Sequence record: SRR16203515_7748
DNA: 32,177 nucleotides
Reading direction: 5' to 3' (one strand)
Shown here piece by piece: positions 20,147-29,691 of the stretch (its first letter is position 1; every line of letters starts with the position of its first letter). Below the pieces are notes generated by a model. That model saw nothing but the letters and a program-made list of their open reading frames with translations. It did no database searches and was not told the origin of the DNA. The position numbers and the translations under genes were made by a program.

Positions 20147-22237
20147 TTAGGCCGCCTCAATCCGTCCTAAATCAGCAACGCGGGCGCAGGTATTGCGCAC
20201 CTGTGACAACAGGTTCAAACGGTTGCGGCGCACGATTTCATTATCTGAATTCACCTGAACCGCTTCAAAAAATGCGTCAACGGGCGCGCGCAGGGCTGCC
20301 ATGGCCCCCATTGCGGCGGCAAAATCCTCTGCCTGCATGGCTGCGTCAATTTTCGGTCCCTGTGTTTCAAGTGCACCAAATAGGACACGCTCTTCATCAG
20401 TTTCGGCAAATTTCACGTCCGCACCAAAAGAATATTCAACGCCGTCTTTTTCCTCGGCTTGGGTCAGAATATTATTGGCACGACGGAACCCTTGGACCAA
20501 GTTTTCGCCATCCGCAGACGCAAGAAACTCGGACAAGGCTTCGGCACGTTTCACCAAAAGCGCGATGTCATCATTTCCGTCCATCGCAACACAGGCGTCA
20601 ATGACATCATGCGGAATACCGCGATCACGCAGATATACCTTAAGTCGATCATGGAAAAAGCTTAGCAAATCAGATGCAACGGCGGATGCATTTTCGGCAT
20701 TTGCAAAACGTGCCATATGTTCCACAGCTGCTTTCAACAATGGCAATCGGATTTGATTTTCCAACACCAAACGAATGACTCCCAAGGCCGCACGACGCAA
20801 GGCGAATGGATCCTTTGATCCAGTTGGTTTTTCGTCAATTGCCCAAAATCCGCACAGTGTGTCCAATTTATCCGCCAGCGCGACTGTCGCGGAAACAGCC
20901 TCGGTCGGGACATCATCTGATGGTCCCAATGGTTGCCAGTGTTGCTCACATGCATTGGCAACTTCTTGTTCTAAACCTGCGGCCTCGGCGTAATAGCGGC
21001 CCATCAATCCCTGCAATTCGGGGAATTCATAGACCATTTCCGAGGACAAATCCGCCTTGGCGACACCTGCGGCCTTTTGTGTCAAACCTGCATCCGCAGA
21101 TGTCGCAATGGTCAGATCACCCGCAAGCGCAATGATGCGATCAATGCGGTCCTTTTGGCTGCCCAACTTATTGTGGAACGTCACATTTTCCAATCGCGCA
21201 GTCCACGCGGTTAGTCCATCGTTCTGCGCGACGCGCAAGTCATTTTCCCAAAAGAATTTCGCATCGGCCAAACGCGCCGATAAAACCTTTTGATTGCCGG
21301 CAAGAATGGTTGCGCCCTGATCCGCGGTTTCGCGGTTCGCAACGGTGATAAATCGGGTGATTTTGCCCGATTTCGGGCCGCTTACAGAAAAGAATTTCTG
21401 ATGTTCGCGCATCGATGTTTGCAAAACCTCTGGCGGCAGTTCCAAAAATTCTTGGTCAATTTCACCCATCAACACAACGGGCCATTCCACCAATCCCGAC
21501 GCCTCGGCCAATAACCCTGCATCCTCGACAACGTCCAGGCCGCTTGCAAATGCGATATTGGTTGCGTCCTGCCATATCATTTGCGCGCGCTCTTCTGGGT
21601 CCAAAATAACGTGCTCTTTCTTTAGCAACGCAGCGTAATCATCAAACCCAGACACATTGATTGGCGCACCCGATGACATGAACCGATGCCCCATGGTTTG
21701 GTTGCCACTTTCAATGCCATCAATATTCACTGGAACAACTGTCGCATCCATATCATCGCTTAGCACGCAAATGATTGAATGCAGTGGACGTACCCACCGC
21801 AGGGCGCCTGACCCCCAACGCATTGATTTTGGCCATGGGAAATTGCGAATGGCATGCTCTAACACCTCGGCAATGATGTCGGCGGCTGGACGGCCTGGTT
21901 TTTCGATGGTTGCAAAATACACCTGGCCCTTTTTTTCGTCCCGCACCTCAAGTTGATCTTTGCTCAGCAATGCACCACGCAAAAATCCCTCAATCGCTTT
22001 TTCAGGGGCGTCCACACGTGGGCCTTTGCGTTCTTCACGTACCGTGGGGCTTTCGCTTAACACGTCCTCAACCGCCAGCGTCAGGCGGCGCGGTGTTGAA
22101 AACGCGGCCGCACCTGCATAGGTCAACCCTGCATCGACCATGCCATTTGTGATCAATTTTTTCAAATCTTCTGCGGCACGGCGTTGCATGCGCGCGGGAA
22201 TTTCTTCTGAGTAAAGTTCAATCAATAGGTTTGGCAT
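20147..22237 (-). CDS. glyS: Glycine--tRNA ligase beta subunit
   Basis: LLIELYSEEIPAR, TPRRL, WPKSMRWG, VYEFPELQG.MG, PTGSKDPFALRRAALG, NRLNLL. Confidence 0.98.
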   Translation of the reverse strand: MPNLLIELYSEEIPARMQRRAAEDLKKLITNGMVDAGLTYAGAAAFSTPRRLTLAVEDVLSESPTVREERKGPRVDAPEKAIEGFLRGALLSKDQLEVRDEKKGQVYFATIEKPGRPAADIIAEVLEHAIRNFPWPKSMRWGSGALRWVRPLHSIICVLSDDMDATVVPVNIDGIESGNQTMGHRFMSSGAPINVSGFDDYAALLKKEHVILDPEERAQMIWQDATNIAFASGLDVVEDAGLLAEASGLVEWPVVLMGEIDQEFLELPPEVLQTSMREHQKFFSVSGPKSGKITRFITVANRETADQGATILAGNQKVLSARLADAKFFWENDLRVAQNDGLTAWTARLENVTFHNKLGSQKDRIDRIIALAGDLTIATSADAGLTQKAAGVAKADLSSEMVYEFPELQGLMGRYYAEAAGLEQEVANACEQHWQPLGPSDDVPTEAVSATVALADKLDTLCGFWAIDEKPTGSKDPFALRRAALGVIRLVLENQIRLPLLKAAVEHMARFANAENASAVASDLLSFFHDRLKVYLRDRGIPHDVIDACVAMDGNDDIALLVKRAEALSEFLASADGENLVQGFRRANNILTQAEEKDGVEYSFGADVKFAETDEERVLFGALETQGPKIDAAMQAEDFAAAMGAMAALRAPVDAFFEAVQVNSDNEIVRRNRLNLLSQVRNTCARVADLGRIEAA

Positions 22238-22239
22238 TC

Positions 22240-22755
22240 TTAGTCCCTTTCAGGGCAATTCGGATCTTTGGGTGATCCGTCATACAATTTGTCACCACAG
22301 TCGTTCACTTCGTGCCAGACGAATCCACGTCCATCAGCATAAATTGCAACAACGCGGTCGATCCCGTATTCGATATTACGTTGGCCCCAGAATGCCACCG
22401 CATTTCCGTTTGCCAGGTCATTTCCAATTTGTTCCGCATCAAAGCATTCAAACCAACCGGGGGCGACCCGTGGTTCAGCATTTGGATGCAGTTCAAAACT
22501 TTCCGTCAACATTACAATGGACTGATCGGTTCGAAAACACGCGCGATACCGAATAGGCGAACTATCCGCATCAATCGCGCTGAGCGATGATACAAGAATT
22601 TCCTCGGGCGCGCCCGTGACAACAGAGGTCAGGACAATCCGGTTGTCCGTTTCACTTACGTCGTCATAAAACCCGTAGATTTGCAAATAAAACATGGCAG
22701 CCCCCGCAAGGACGGCACAAATTACAATCACGGAAACGATGATACGTCCGTTCAT
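22240..22755 (-). CDS. Conserved hypothetical membrane-anchored protein (resembles DUF6446)
   Basis: N-terminal hydrophobic helix, [33 protein letters not shown]; four Cys in the soluble part. Overlaps the glyQ stop (ATGA). Confidence 0.75.
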   Translation of the reverse strand: MNGRIIVSVIVICAVLAGAAMFYLQIYGFYDDVSETDNRIVLTSVVTGAPEEILVSSLSAIDADSSPIRYRACFRTDQSIVMLTESFELHPNAEPRVAPGWFECFDAEQIGNDLANGNAVAFWGQRNIEYGIDRVVAIYADGRGFVWHEVNDCGDKLYDGSPKDPNCPERD

Positions 22756-23675
22756 GCTGTGTATCCCCCTGCTTCGGTCAGCACAAAGGCATCAGCACAT
22801 TTTTTAGCCAAGCCACGCACGCGCCCGATATAGGCCTGTCGTTCGGTAACCGAAATCACACCGCGTGCATCTAGCAGGTTAAAAATATGGCTTGCCTTGA
22901 TGCATTGATCATATGCGGGATGCGCCATGATGATACGCTTGGATGTTTTGGGATCAATGTGTTCCTGATCTAATATGGCCTGACACTCGGCTTCGGCCTC
23001 TTCGAAATGACGCAGCAAAACTTCGGTATTTGCTACATCGAAATTCCAGCGCGCGTATTCCTGTTCTGTCTGCTTAAACACATCACCATATTTCAGCGCG
23101 ATAGGCGCGTTGGGATTATTGAATGGCATATCCATGACGTGATCAACGCCCAACACATACATCGCCAAGCGTTCCAAACCATAGGTCAATTCACCAGATA
23201 CAGGATGGCAATCACGCCCCCCGACCTGTTGGAAATAGGTAAATTGGCTGACTTCCATCCCATCACACCACACTTCCCAACCAAGGCCCCAGGCGCCCAA
23301 TGTCGGGCTTTCCCAATCATCCTCAACAAAACGGATGTCATGCAGCGCCATATCAATCCCAATCGCCGCAAGCGACCCAAGGTATAGTTCCTGCAAATCA
23401 GGGGGACTGGGTTTAATCAAAACCTGATATTGGTAATAATGCTGCAGTCTGTTCGGATTTTCCCCATAACGCCCATCAGTTGGCCGACGCGATGGCTGAA
23501 CATAAGCAGCCGCCCATGGTTTTGTTCCCAAGGCGCGCAAGGTTGTCGCAGGATGAAACGTACCTGCGCCCACTTCCATATCATAAGGTTGCAAAACGGC
23601 ACACCCCTTGGCCGCCCAGTAATTTTGCAATCTTAGAATAATTTCTTGAAAAGATTTAGGTTTTTCAATTGTCAT
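22752..23675 (-). CDS. glyQ: Glycine--tRNA ligase alpha subunit
   Basis: [57 protein letters not shown]. Confidence 0.98.
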   Translation of the reverse strand: MTIEKPKSFQEIILRLQNYWAAKGCAVLQPYDMEVGAGTFHPATTLRALGTKPWAAAYVQPSRRPTDGRYGENPNRLQHYYQYQVLIKPSPPDLQELYLGSLAAIGIDMALHDIRFVEDDWESPTLGAWGLGWEVWCDGMEVSQFTYFQQVGGRDCHPVSGELTYGLERLAMYVLGVDHVMDMPFNNPNAPIALKYGDVFKQTEQEYARWNFDVANTEVLLRHFEEAEAECQAILDQEHIDPKTSKRIIMAHPAYDQCIKASHIFNLLDARGVISVTERQAYIGRVRGLAKKCADAFVLTEAGGYTA

Positions 23676-23712
23676 AGCGTTGAAACCTTATTCATGCGGC
23701 GCGATTTGCCCT

Positions 23713-23741
23713 TAAATAGGCAAAGCGGCCATGGCGGTCAA
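23713..23741 (-). promoter_or_regulatory. Putative sigma70 promoter of the glyQ operon
   Basis: Minus strand TTGACC-N17-TATTTA. Confidence 0.5.
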
Positions 23742-23876
23742 TGAAGGGCCGCAAAATTTAGACAAAAACGAGACATCGGGGCGCGGAGAAATATTCGTAA
23801 GATAAAGCTAGAAATCCGCGAAATGTTTGGTATGACCGACGAGTAAGCGGAATTAGAGCATATTTAAGAGGTTGGA

Positions 23877-25640
23877 ATGCGGTGTGAATTGGGTTTATGT
23901 ATTGCGATGTGGATGGCATTGATTGCGGGTGCAAGCGTTGCACAAGACATGCGCTGGATCCAAATTGAAGCGCAGCCAAGCCTGCTTGAGGCAGAAACGC
24001 GCGCGCGGATCTATGCCCAAGAATTTCCTGACACACAGGCGCATTCCATTGGATCTGGTTGGTACGCCATTACTCTTGGCCCATTGCCAGAGGATCAGGC
24101 GGATTTGCGCATGTCGCAACTGCGGGCACGCGCTGCGATCCCACGGGGTAGTTTTTTGGCAACTGGTGCAAATTATCGGCAACGCATTTACCCAATCGGC
24201 CCCACACCCACGGCCGTAACACCCGCGCAAACAGCCAAAGCAGACGTGGTCCAAGAGGAAGCAGCACAGGTGTCCGTTTCTGAAACCGTTGAAAGCGCAG
24301 CACCAGAACCAAGCATTACGGTACACGACGAAACCCTAAGCGAAGCGCGTGCGAGCGAAGGCTTGCTCAGCAGTGAAGAAAAGATGGACCTGCAACGTTA
24401 TTTGCAATGGGCGGGATACTACAATAGCACAATTGATGCCTCTATCGGTCGTGGCACACGCCGTGCAATGGCGGCATGGCAAACCGATAACGGGTATGAA
24501 GACACTGGCGTTTTGACAACCGCGCAGCGGCAACGGTTGCGCGCACAGTATTTTGCAATTTTTGACGGTCTTGGACTTGAAACACATCGTGACTTAGAGG
24601 CGGGTATCAGCATCGATTTACCAAAAGAGGTCGTTGCATTTGACGCCTACGCAGCGCCGCTTGCGCATTTCAAATCACAGGAGACATCCTCACCCGCACA
24701 TGTCTTTTTGATTTCTGCTGCAGGAAATCGCGGCGATTTGGCCGCGATCTATGGCGTGTTGCCAACCCTATCCATCGTTCCAATGAACATCGAAAAATCG
24801 TTGAACAAGGATCGTTTTGTGATCACGGGTGCAGGAACAACAACGCGTACATTTATCACCGCGTCACACGCGAGTGGCGAAATCAAAGGATTTGGATTAA
24901 TTTGGCCCAATCAAAACGAAGAACAATTTGACAGACTTGTCGTACACATGCGCAAAAGCTTTGACACATTCTCAGGGACTTTGGACCCCAGCCTAAGCGT
25001 TGCAATCAATGATCCTGAAACGGAGTTTGGCGTTGTGATCCGCAAACCAGCTTTTGTAAAAAGTGCGGTATTCGTTTCGGATCAGGGCCACGCAATTACC
25101 GATACTAGCGACCTTGAACAATGTAGCGCCCTGACCATCGGCGGAACCTACGATGCCGAGATTATCGCACGTTCTGAAACAGGCGCAGGGTTGCTGTCCC
25201 CAAAGTCTGATTTTAATCCCATCTCTTATGCCAAACTGGGGAATGCTGTGCGAAAGGGCGATAAAACCTTTTTATCGAGCTACCCCTACGGCGGACGCCT
25301 CGGCTTGGCCTCTGTGACCCAGGCAACGGTGGCCGAAACATCCGATCTATCGGGCAACACAGAAAAATTCCGTTTGGATTTTCTGGCAGAGCCAGGTGAT
25401 TTTGGCGGTGCTATTTTGGATCAATCTGGAAACCTAACTGGTATTTTGGTGAGCCAAGATGACACAGGCCGCGTTTTGCCCAAGAATGTGAATTTTGCTG
25501 CCGCCTCAGATGCATTGGCGAGCATGATGCAATCCGCAGGACTGCGGTTAAGTTCAGGCAAAACCCAGCGGTTGGATGATATGGCCTTGATCGCGTCGGC
25601 GCAAAACATCCTAACGCCGATCGAATGTTGGATTGATTAA
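23877..25640 (+). CDS. Secreted protein with SPOR-like, peptidoglycan-binding and trypsin-like (apparently inactive) domains
   Basis: Signal peptide ending ASVA; WIQIEA...GWYAITLGP; LQRYLQWAGYY.STIDASIGRGTRRAMAAWQ (PG_binding_1); C-terminal trypsin-like PGDFGGAILDQSGNLTGI. Confidence 0.8.
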   Translation: MRCELGLCIAMWMALIAGASVAQDMRWIQIEAQPSLLEAETRARIYAQEFPDTQAHSIGSGWYAITLGPLPEDQADLRMSQLRARAAIPRGSFLATGANYRQRIYPIGPTPTAVTPAQTAKADVVQEEAAQVSVSETVESAAPEPSITVHDETLSEARASEGLLSSEEKMDLQRYLQWAGYYNSTIDASIGRGTRRAMAAWQTDNGYEDTGVLTTAQRQRLRAQYFAIFDGLGLETHRDLEAGISIDLPKEVVAFDAYAAPLAHFKSQETSSPAHVFLISAAGNRGDLAAIYGVLPTLSIVPMNIEKSLNKDRFVITGAGTTTRTFITASHASGEIKGFGLIWPNQNEEQFDRLVVHMRKSFDTFSGTLDPSLSVAINDPETEFGVVIRKPAFVKSAVFVSDQGHAITDTSDLEQCSALTIGGTYDAEIIARSETGAGLLSPKSDFNPISYAKLGNAVRKGDKTFLSSYPYGGRLGLASVTQATVAETSDLSGNTEKFRLDFLAEPGDFGGAILDQSGNLTGILVSQDDTGRVLPKNVNFAAASDALASMMQSAGLRLSSGKTQRLDDMALIASAQNILTPIECWID

Positions 25641-27088
25641 GCGGCCTGCCAAAATCGGTGAGTAAACAACACAAAAACGGCCATCAACTCCAGGCGACCT
25701 AAAATCATGCCAAAGATTAGCAATCCTTTGGCCGTGCTATTTAGGTTTTCAAAATTCCCTGTTGGGCCAATTTCTGGCCCAAGGCCCGGGCCGATATTTC
25801 CTATCGCTGTCGCCGCACCTGAGAGCGCCGTGACGAAATCCAAGCCCGTCAAACCCAACAAAAACGCCAGTGCCCCAAGTGAGATAAAAAACATCACAAA
25901 GAACACCATGACCGAGTCCATAACATCCTGCGAAATTGGACGATCCTGAAAATGCGGAACATGCACACTGTTTGGGGACTGGATGCGACGCAGCTGCGTT
26001 GACATGGCCGCAAACATAATTTGATAGCGAAAGATTTTCACCGAACACGCGGTTGATCCCGCGCAACCACCGATCAATCCGATGAAGAAGAAGACCGCCA
26101 CCATAGGTGCCCCCCACAACATGTAATCGGCGGATGCGTAACCCGTCCCACTCATGATCGAGATGATATTGAAAAGGGCCTGACGAAACGCCTGTTCAAT
26201 GGCAAAGTTCTGCGAATAGATCAGGTAAACTGTGCTAAGTGCGACGACCAACGTCAAAGTCGCCACAAACCCGCGGATTTGTTCATCGGTAAATATGGGC
26301 CGCGCACTGCCATTCAACAGCTGAACAAAGCGCACAAATGGCAAGGCCGCTAAAACCATATAAAGTGATGCCACATATTCCGCTGGCCCCGACATAGCAG
26401 CAAATGATGCATCGTGTGACGAAAATCCCCCTGTTGCCACAGTGGTCAACGCATGGATCAAGGCGTCAAAACCCGACATATCGGCAATTATATAACTTAG
26501 GAAACAAGCAATCGTCAGACCGATATAGATAATCGAAATTTGTCCTGAAATTTGCGTGGCACGCGGTAAAATCTTCCCCATTGTGTCAAAGGACTCCGCG
26601 CGGAAAATCTGCATGCCCCCAACGCGCAACTCTGGCAAAAAAACCATCGCAACAATGATGATCCCAATGCCGCCCAACCAATTCAAAAGCCCGCGCCATA
26701 ATAACAAACCACGCGGCAAATCATCCAATCCACTGATCACAGTCGATCCTGTCGTTGTCAGGCCCGAGGTCGCCTCGAAAACCGCATCGACAACAGAGGA
26801 CTGAGTTGCCCCCATCAAAAATGGCAGGGCCGCAAAAATCGGCAAGACCACCCAAACGCCAGTGGTAAGCAGAAATGTCTTTTGCAGTTCAAGTCCTTGG
26901 GATTTTCCATTCGAACAAGACATCGAAACAAAAAGGCCCGATATCATTGTGATCGCCCCCGCCTGGGCAAACACACGCCAATGCGGGTTTCCATCCGCAA
27001 AATCCAAGATCATTGGGAAAATCATCATAACGCCAAGAAAGGCCACAATGATCCCGATCACGTATCCGATGGGTCGAATATCAAACAT
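25637..27088 (-). CDS. trkH: TrkH-family potassium uptake protein
   Basis: Four P-loop filter motifs TTTGST, ATGGFS, SGTGYA, GNIGPG; GGCAGSTA; LGRLE. ATG at 27088. Confidence 0.95.
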   Translation of the reverse strand: MFDIRPIGYVIGIIVAFLGVMMIFPMILDFADGNPHWRVFAQAGAITMISGLFVSMSCSNGKSQGLELQKTFLLTTGVWVVLPIFAALPFLMGATQSSVVDAVFEATSGLTTTGSTVISGLDDLPRGLLLWRGLLNWLGGIGIIIVAMVFLPELRVGGMQIFRAESFDTMGKILPRATQISGQISIIYIGLTIACFLSYIIADMSGFDALIHALTTVATGGFSSHDASFAAMSGPAEYVASLYMVLAALPFVRFVQLLNGSARPIFTDEQIRGFVATLTLVVALSTVYLIYSQNFAIEQAFRQALFNIISIMSGTGYASADYMLWGAPMVAVFFFIGLIGGCAGSTACSVKIFRYQIMFAAMSTQLRRIQSPNSVHVPHFQDRPISQDVMDSVMVFFVMFFISLGALAFLLGLTGLDFVTALSGAATAIGNIGPGLGPEIGPTGNFENLNSTAKGLLIFGMILGRLELMAVFVLFTHRFWQAA

Positions 27089-27130
27089 GACAAAACCGTT
27101 GGCGTTCAATCACACCAAAGTCAAGCGTAT

Positions 27131-28222
27131 TTATCCTCGGTGAATTAAGGATTCAAAGAAGTGCGGATCAATGGAATTTGATGTAAATGTTGGTCCATTG
27201 GTCAGCACGGACACGGCGTCATGGCTGTGCAAGCTTTCTTGGTGGCTGGCCGCGACACGATAATCTGAAATGCGTGTATCTACACTTAGCTGCTCTGCAA
27301 ATAGGCGTGCAGCATCCTCGACAAAAATCGGATTCGCTGCGTTCAATTCCGCAAATGCCTGTTCATCTTCGCGCTTAACCATAACTTGGGTCTCGGTCGG
27401 CACCGCGCGGCGGCACATTTCAATAACATCTTCGAACCAATGTTTTTCGCCCTGTTCAAATTTAAGGGAAATGCGCGCAACCGAACGCTGTGAATGCGGT
27501 GTTGCCAACTGCCCCCGCGATTGGCGTGCATGTTCAGAAAGTTCCAGTGAACAGGGACATGTTGAGCTATACACATAATCAAGATGCATCATCTTACGAC
27601 GCACACCTGCGTGCTCCACCAATTCCAGCGTAATGTCGTAATACTGATACCCAGATAGACCCGAACGCAGGCTATTCACCTTAACAGGGTATGAAAAGCG
27701 CAATGCGATGCGCGCATCGAAACTTTCCAAATCAGATTTATAATCATCCAAAACGGCCGATACGACATCAAAACTAAACCGCTCTTCTGCGTGCTTATAA
27801 AAGCTGCGCATGATGCGAGACATGTTGATGCCTTTTTTGTCGGCCTCAAGGCTGACAGTGCCCGTAACAGAAGTTTCAAGCGTGATAGAACCACCTGCCT
27901 TTGTTGCGAAATTGATCGGCAGGCGAAAATTCGAAATGCCGACGTGTTGAATGACGCGGTTTTCCCCACGGATCAACGAGCTGGGACCATTTTGCAGATC
28001 TGGCAAGGTATCACGATACGCAGCATCCACCACAAAATTATCTGGGAATTTACGCGAAAGTTCCGGATAGGCCGTGGGTAGTAAACCACGCAACGCGGTC
28101 ATATGCGGCCCATCCAATGCATCCGCACCTTTTTCTGCGATAAAGCTGCGCAAAACGTCCAATGCGGCCTGTGCCTCACTGCGTTCGATCTCTTTATCTA
28201 CATCGCGACTATGAATGTTCAT
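27131..28222 (-). CDS. folE2: GTP cyclohydrolase I type B (FolE2)
   Basis: PDLQN, VGIS, KGINMSR, STCPCS, HSQRS, VKREDE..FAE, NPIFVEDAAR, ESLHSHDA. ATG at 28222 follows GGAG. Confidence 0.95.
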   Translation of the reverse strand: MNIHSRDVDKEIERSEAQAALDVLRSFIAEKGADALDGPHMTALRGLLPTAYPELSRKFPDNFVVDAAYRDTLPDLQNGPSSLIRGENRVIQHVGISNFRLPINFATKAGGSITLETSVTGTVSLEADKKGINMSRIMRSFYKHAEERFSFDVVSAVLDDYKSDLESFDARIALRFSYPVKVNSLRSGLSGYQYYDITLELVEHAGVRRKMMHLDYVYSSTCPCSLELSEHARQSRGQLATPHSQRSVARISLKFEQGEKHWFEDVIEMCRRAVPTETQVMVKREDEQAFAELNAANPIFVEDAARLFAEQLSVDTRISDYRVAASHQESLHSHDAVSVLTNGPTFTSNSIDPHFFESLIHRG

Positions 28223-28239
28223 TGCGAACTCCAAAACTT

Positions 28240-28281
28240 TCTTATGTTTTTAATGTAGGGCGCAGATCAGAAAGTTTCCAG
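28240..28281 (-). promoter_or_regulatory. Candidate stress-sigma promoter(s) of folE2 (RpoH-like, overlapped by an RpoE-like motif)
   Basis: Minus strand CTGGAA-N15-CCCTACAT and TGATCT-N19-TAAGA. Confidence 0.35.
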
Positions 28282-28284
28282 TAA

Positions 28285-28307
28285 CGCTTTTCTCAATGTG
28301 AAAAGCG
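28285..28307 (-). terminator. Hairpin just downstream of metZ
   Basis: CGCTTTTC-N7-GAAAAGCG inverted repeat; weak U tail. Confidence 0.4.
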
Positions 28308-28319
28308 ACAGGTGTGAAA

Positions 28320-29495
28320 TTAACCCAATGCCACCAGAATATCGGCCAAAAGATCCTCTTGATCTTCTAACCCGACAGAGAAGCGGATTAAGCCATCCGT
28401 GATCCCCAAAGCGGCCTTTTGATCATCAGGCAGGCGTTGGTGTGTTGTCGTTGCTGGATGCGTTGCGATTGATTTTGCATCCCCCAAGTTATTCGAAATC
28501 ACAGCAATCTGCAGACGGTTTAAAAATGCGAAACTGGCCTCTTGCCCACCCTTAATTTCAATCGCGAATACGGTCCCACCGCTTCCCATTTGCTGCTGTA
28601 CCAGATCATATTTTTCGTGTGAGGGGTGATTTGGATAAATTACGCGTGACACATTTTCATGCCCACTTAAGTTTTCTGTCAGAAACTGCGCCGTTGATGC
28701 TTGGGCACGCACGCGCAATTCAATGGTTTCCAAACCCTTTAGCATGACCCACGCAGTAAACGGACTCATCGAGCCACCAGTGTGCTTCATATAGGTTTCA
28801 ATTGGCCCGCGGATCATATCCTCACGCCCCAAAATGACACCGCCCAATGTGCGGCCCTGACCATCAATATGTTTCGTCGCCGAATACACCACCAAATCCG
28901 CGCCAAGCGCGATTGCGTTGGAAAACACAGGCGTTGCAAAAACGTTATCAATGATCACCAACGCATCATTGGCATGTGCAATTTCCGAAACTGCCGCAAT
29001 ATCGATAACCTCCAGCGTGGGATTTGAAATTGTTTCAAAAAACACAATTTTCGTATCTGGTGTCACGGCAGCGCGCCATGCATCCAGATTGGTGCCATCC
29101 ACAAACGTGACGTTCACGCCCATGCGCGGCATGATCTCTTCTAATATGTACAGACATGATCCAAAGAGCGCCCGAGAGGCCACAACGTGATCACCTGCCG
29201 ACACCAATGACATCAATGCACCATTTACCGCGGCCATGCCCGACGCAGTGGCAAAGGCATCTTCTGCACCTTCTAGGGCCGCAATCCGATCTTCAAACAT
29301 GGCAACAGTCGGATTGCCATAACGGGCATAAATAAATTCATCATCACCCGATTGAATAAAGCGCGCTTGGGCATCTTCGGCTGTGTCGTAAACAAACCCT
29401 TGTGTCAGAAAAATCGCTTCGCTGACTTCGTTATATTGTGACCGACGGGTTCCGCCATGGACCATTTTTGTGCGTGGTTTAAATGTATCGCTCAT
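28320..29495 (-). CDS. metZ: O-succinylhomoserine sulfhydrylase
   Basis: SEAIFLTQGFVY, YARYGNPT, ASGMAA, YSATKHIDGQGR (PLP lysine), NLGDAKS..THPATTTH. Sits downstream of a SAM riboswitch. Confidence 0.93.
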   Translation of the reverse strand: MSDTFKPRTKMVHGGTRRSQYNEVSEAIFLTQGFVYDTAEDAQARFIQSGDDEFIYARYGNPTVAMFEDRIAALEGAEDAFATASGMAAVNGALMSLVSAGDHVVASRALFGSCLYILEEIMPRMGVNVTFVDGTNLDAWRAAVTPDTKIVFFETISNPTLEVIDIAAVSEIAHANDALVIIDNVFATPVFSNAIALGADLVVYSATKHIDGQGRTLGGVILGREDMIRGPIETYMKHTGGSMSPFTAWVMLKGLETIELRVRAQASTAQFLTENLSGHENVSRVIYPNHPSHEKYDLVQQQMGSGGTVFAIEIKGGQEASFAFLNRLQIAVISNNLGDAKSIATHPATTTHQRLPDDQKAALGITDGLIRFSVGLEDQEDLLADILVALG

Positions 29496-29520
29496 CGTAT
29501 TCTCTTTGGCATTTCACCAA

Positions 29521-29556
29521 TAAAAAACCCCTTCCACTTGGCCAAGGGAAAGGGGG
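29521..29556 (-). terminator. Intrinsic terminator in the metZ leader (riboswitch expression platform)
   Basis: Minus strand CCCCCTTTCCCTTG-GC-CAAGTGGAAGGGG-TTTTTT, between the aptamer and the metZ start. Confidence 0.8.
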
Positions 29557-29567
29557 CTCTTTCTTCC

Positions 29568-29623
29568 TGACCTTTTAGCGGTTTATTTTACGTGGCCCGC
29601 AATCCGGTAACAAATCGCCACAA
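29568..29623 (-). ncRNA. SAM-II (SAM-alpha) riboswitch aptamer
   Basis: Minus strand GTGGC-GATTTG-TTACCGGA-TTGC-GG-GCCAC-GTAAAATAAACC-GCTAAAAG: P1 GTGGC/GCCAC plus the conserved GAUUU, UUGC and GCUAAA elements, upstream of metZ. Confidence 0.92.
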
Positions 29624-29627
29624 ATGT

Positions 29628-29656
29628 CTCATATCCCAACCCAAACAGATGGTCAA
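29628..29656 (-). promoter_or_regulatory. Putative sigma70 promoter of the riboswitch-metZ transcript
   Basis: TTGACC-N17-TATGAG; the predicted start falls at the first bases of the aptamer. Confidence 0.6.
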
Positions 29657-29691
29657 TTGCCACTCATCATCCTGAGGATTTACTGGACGCT

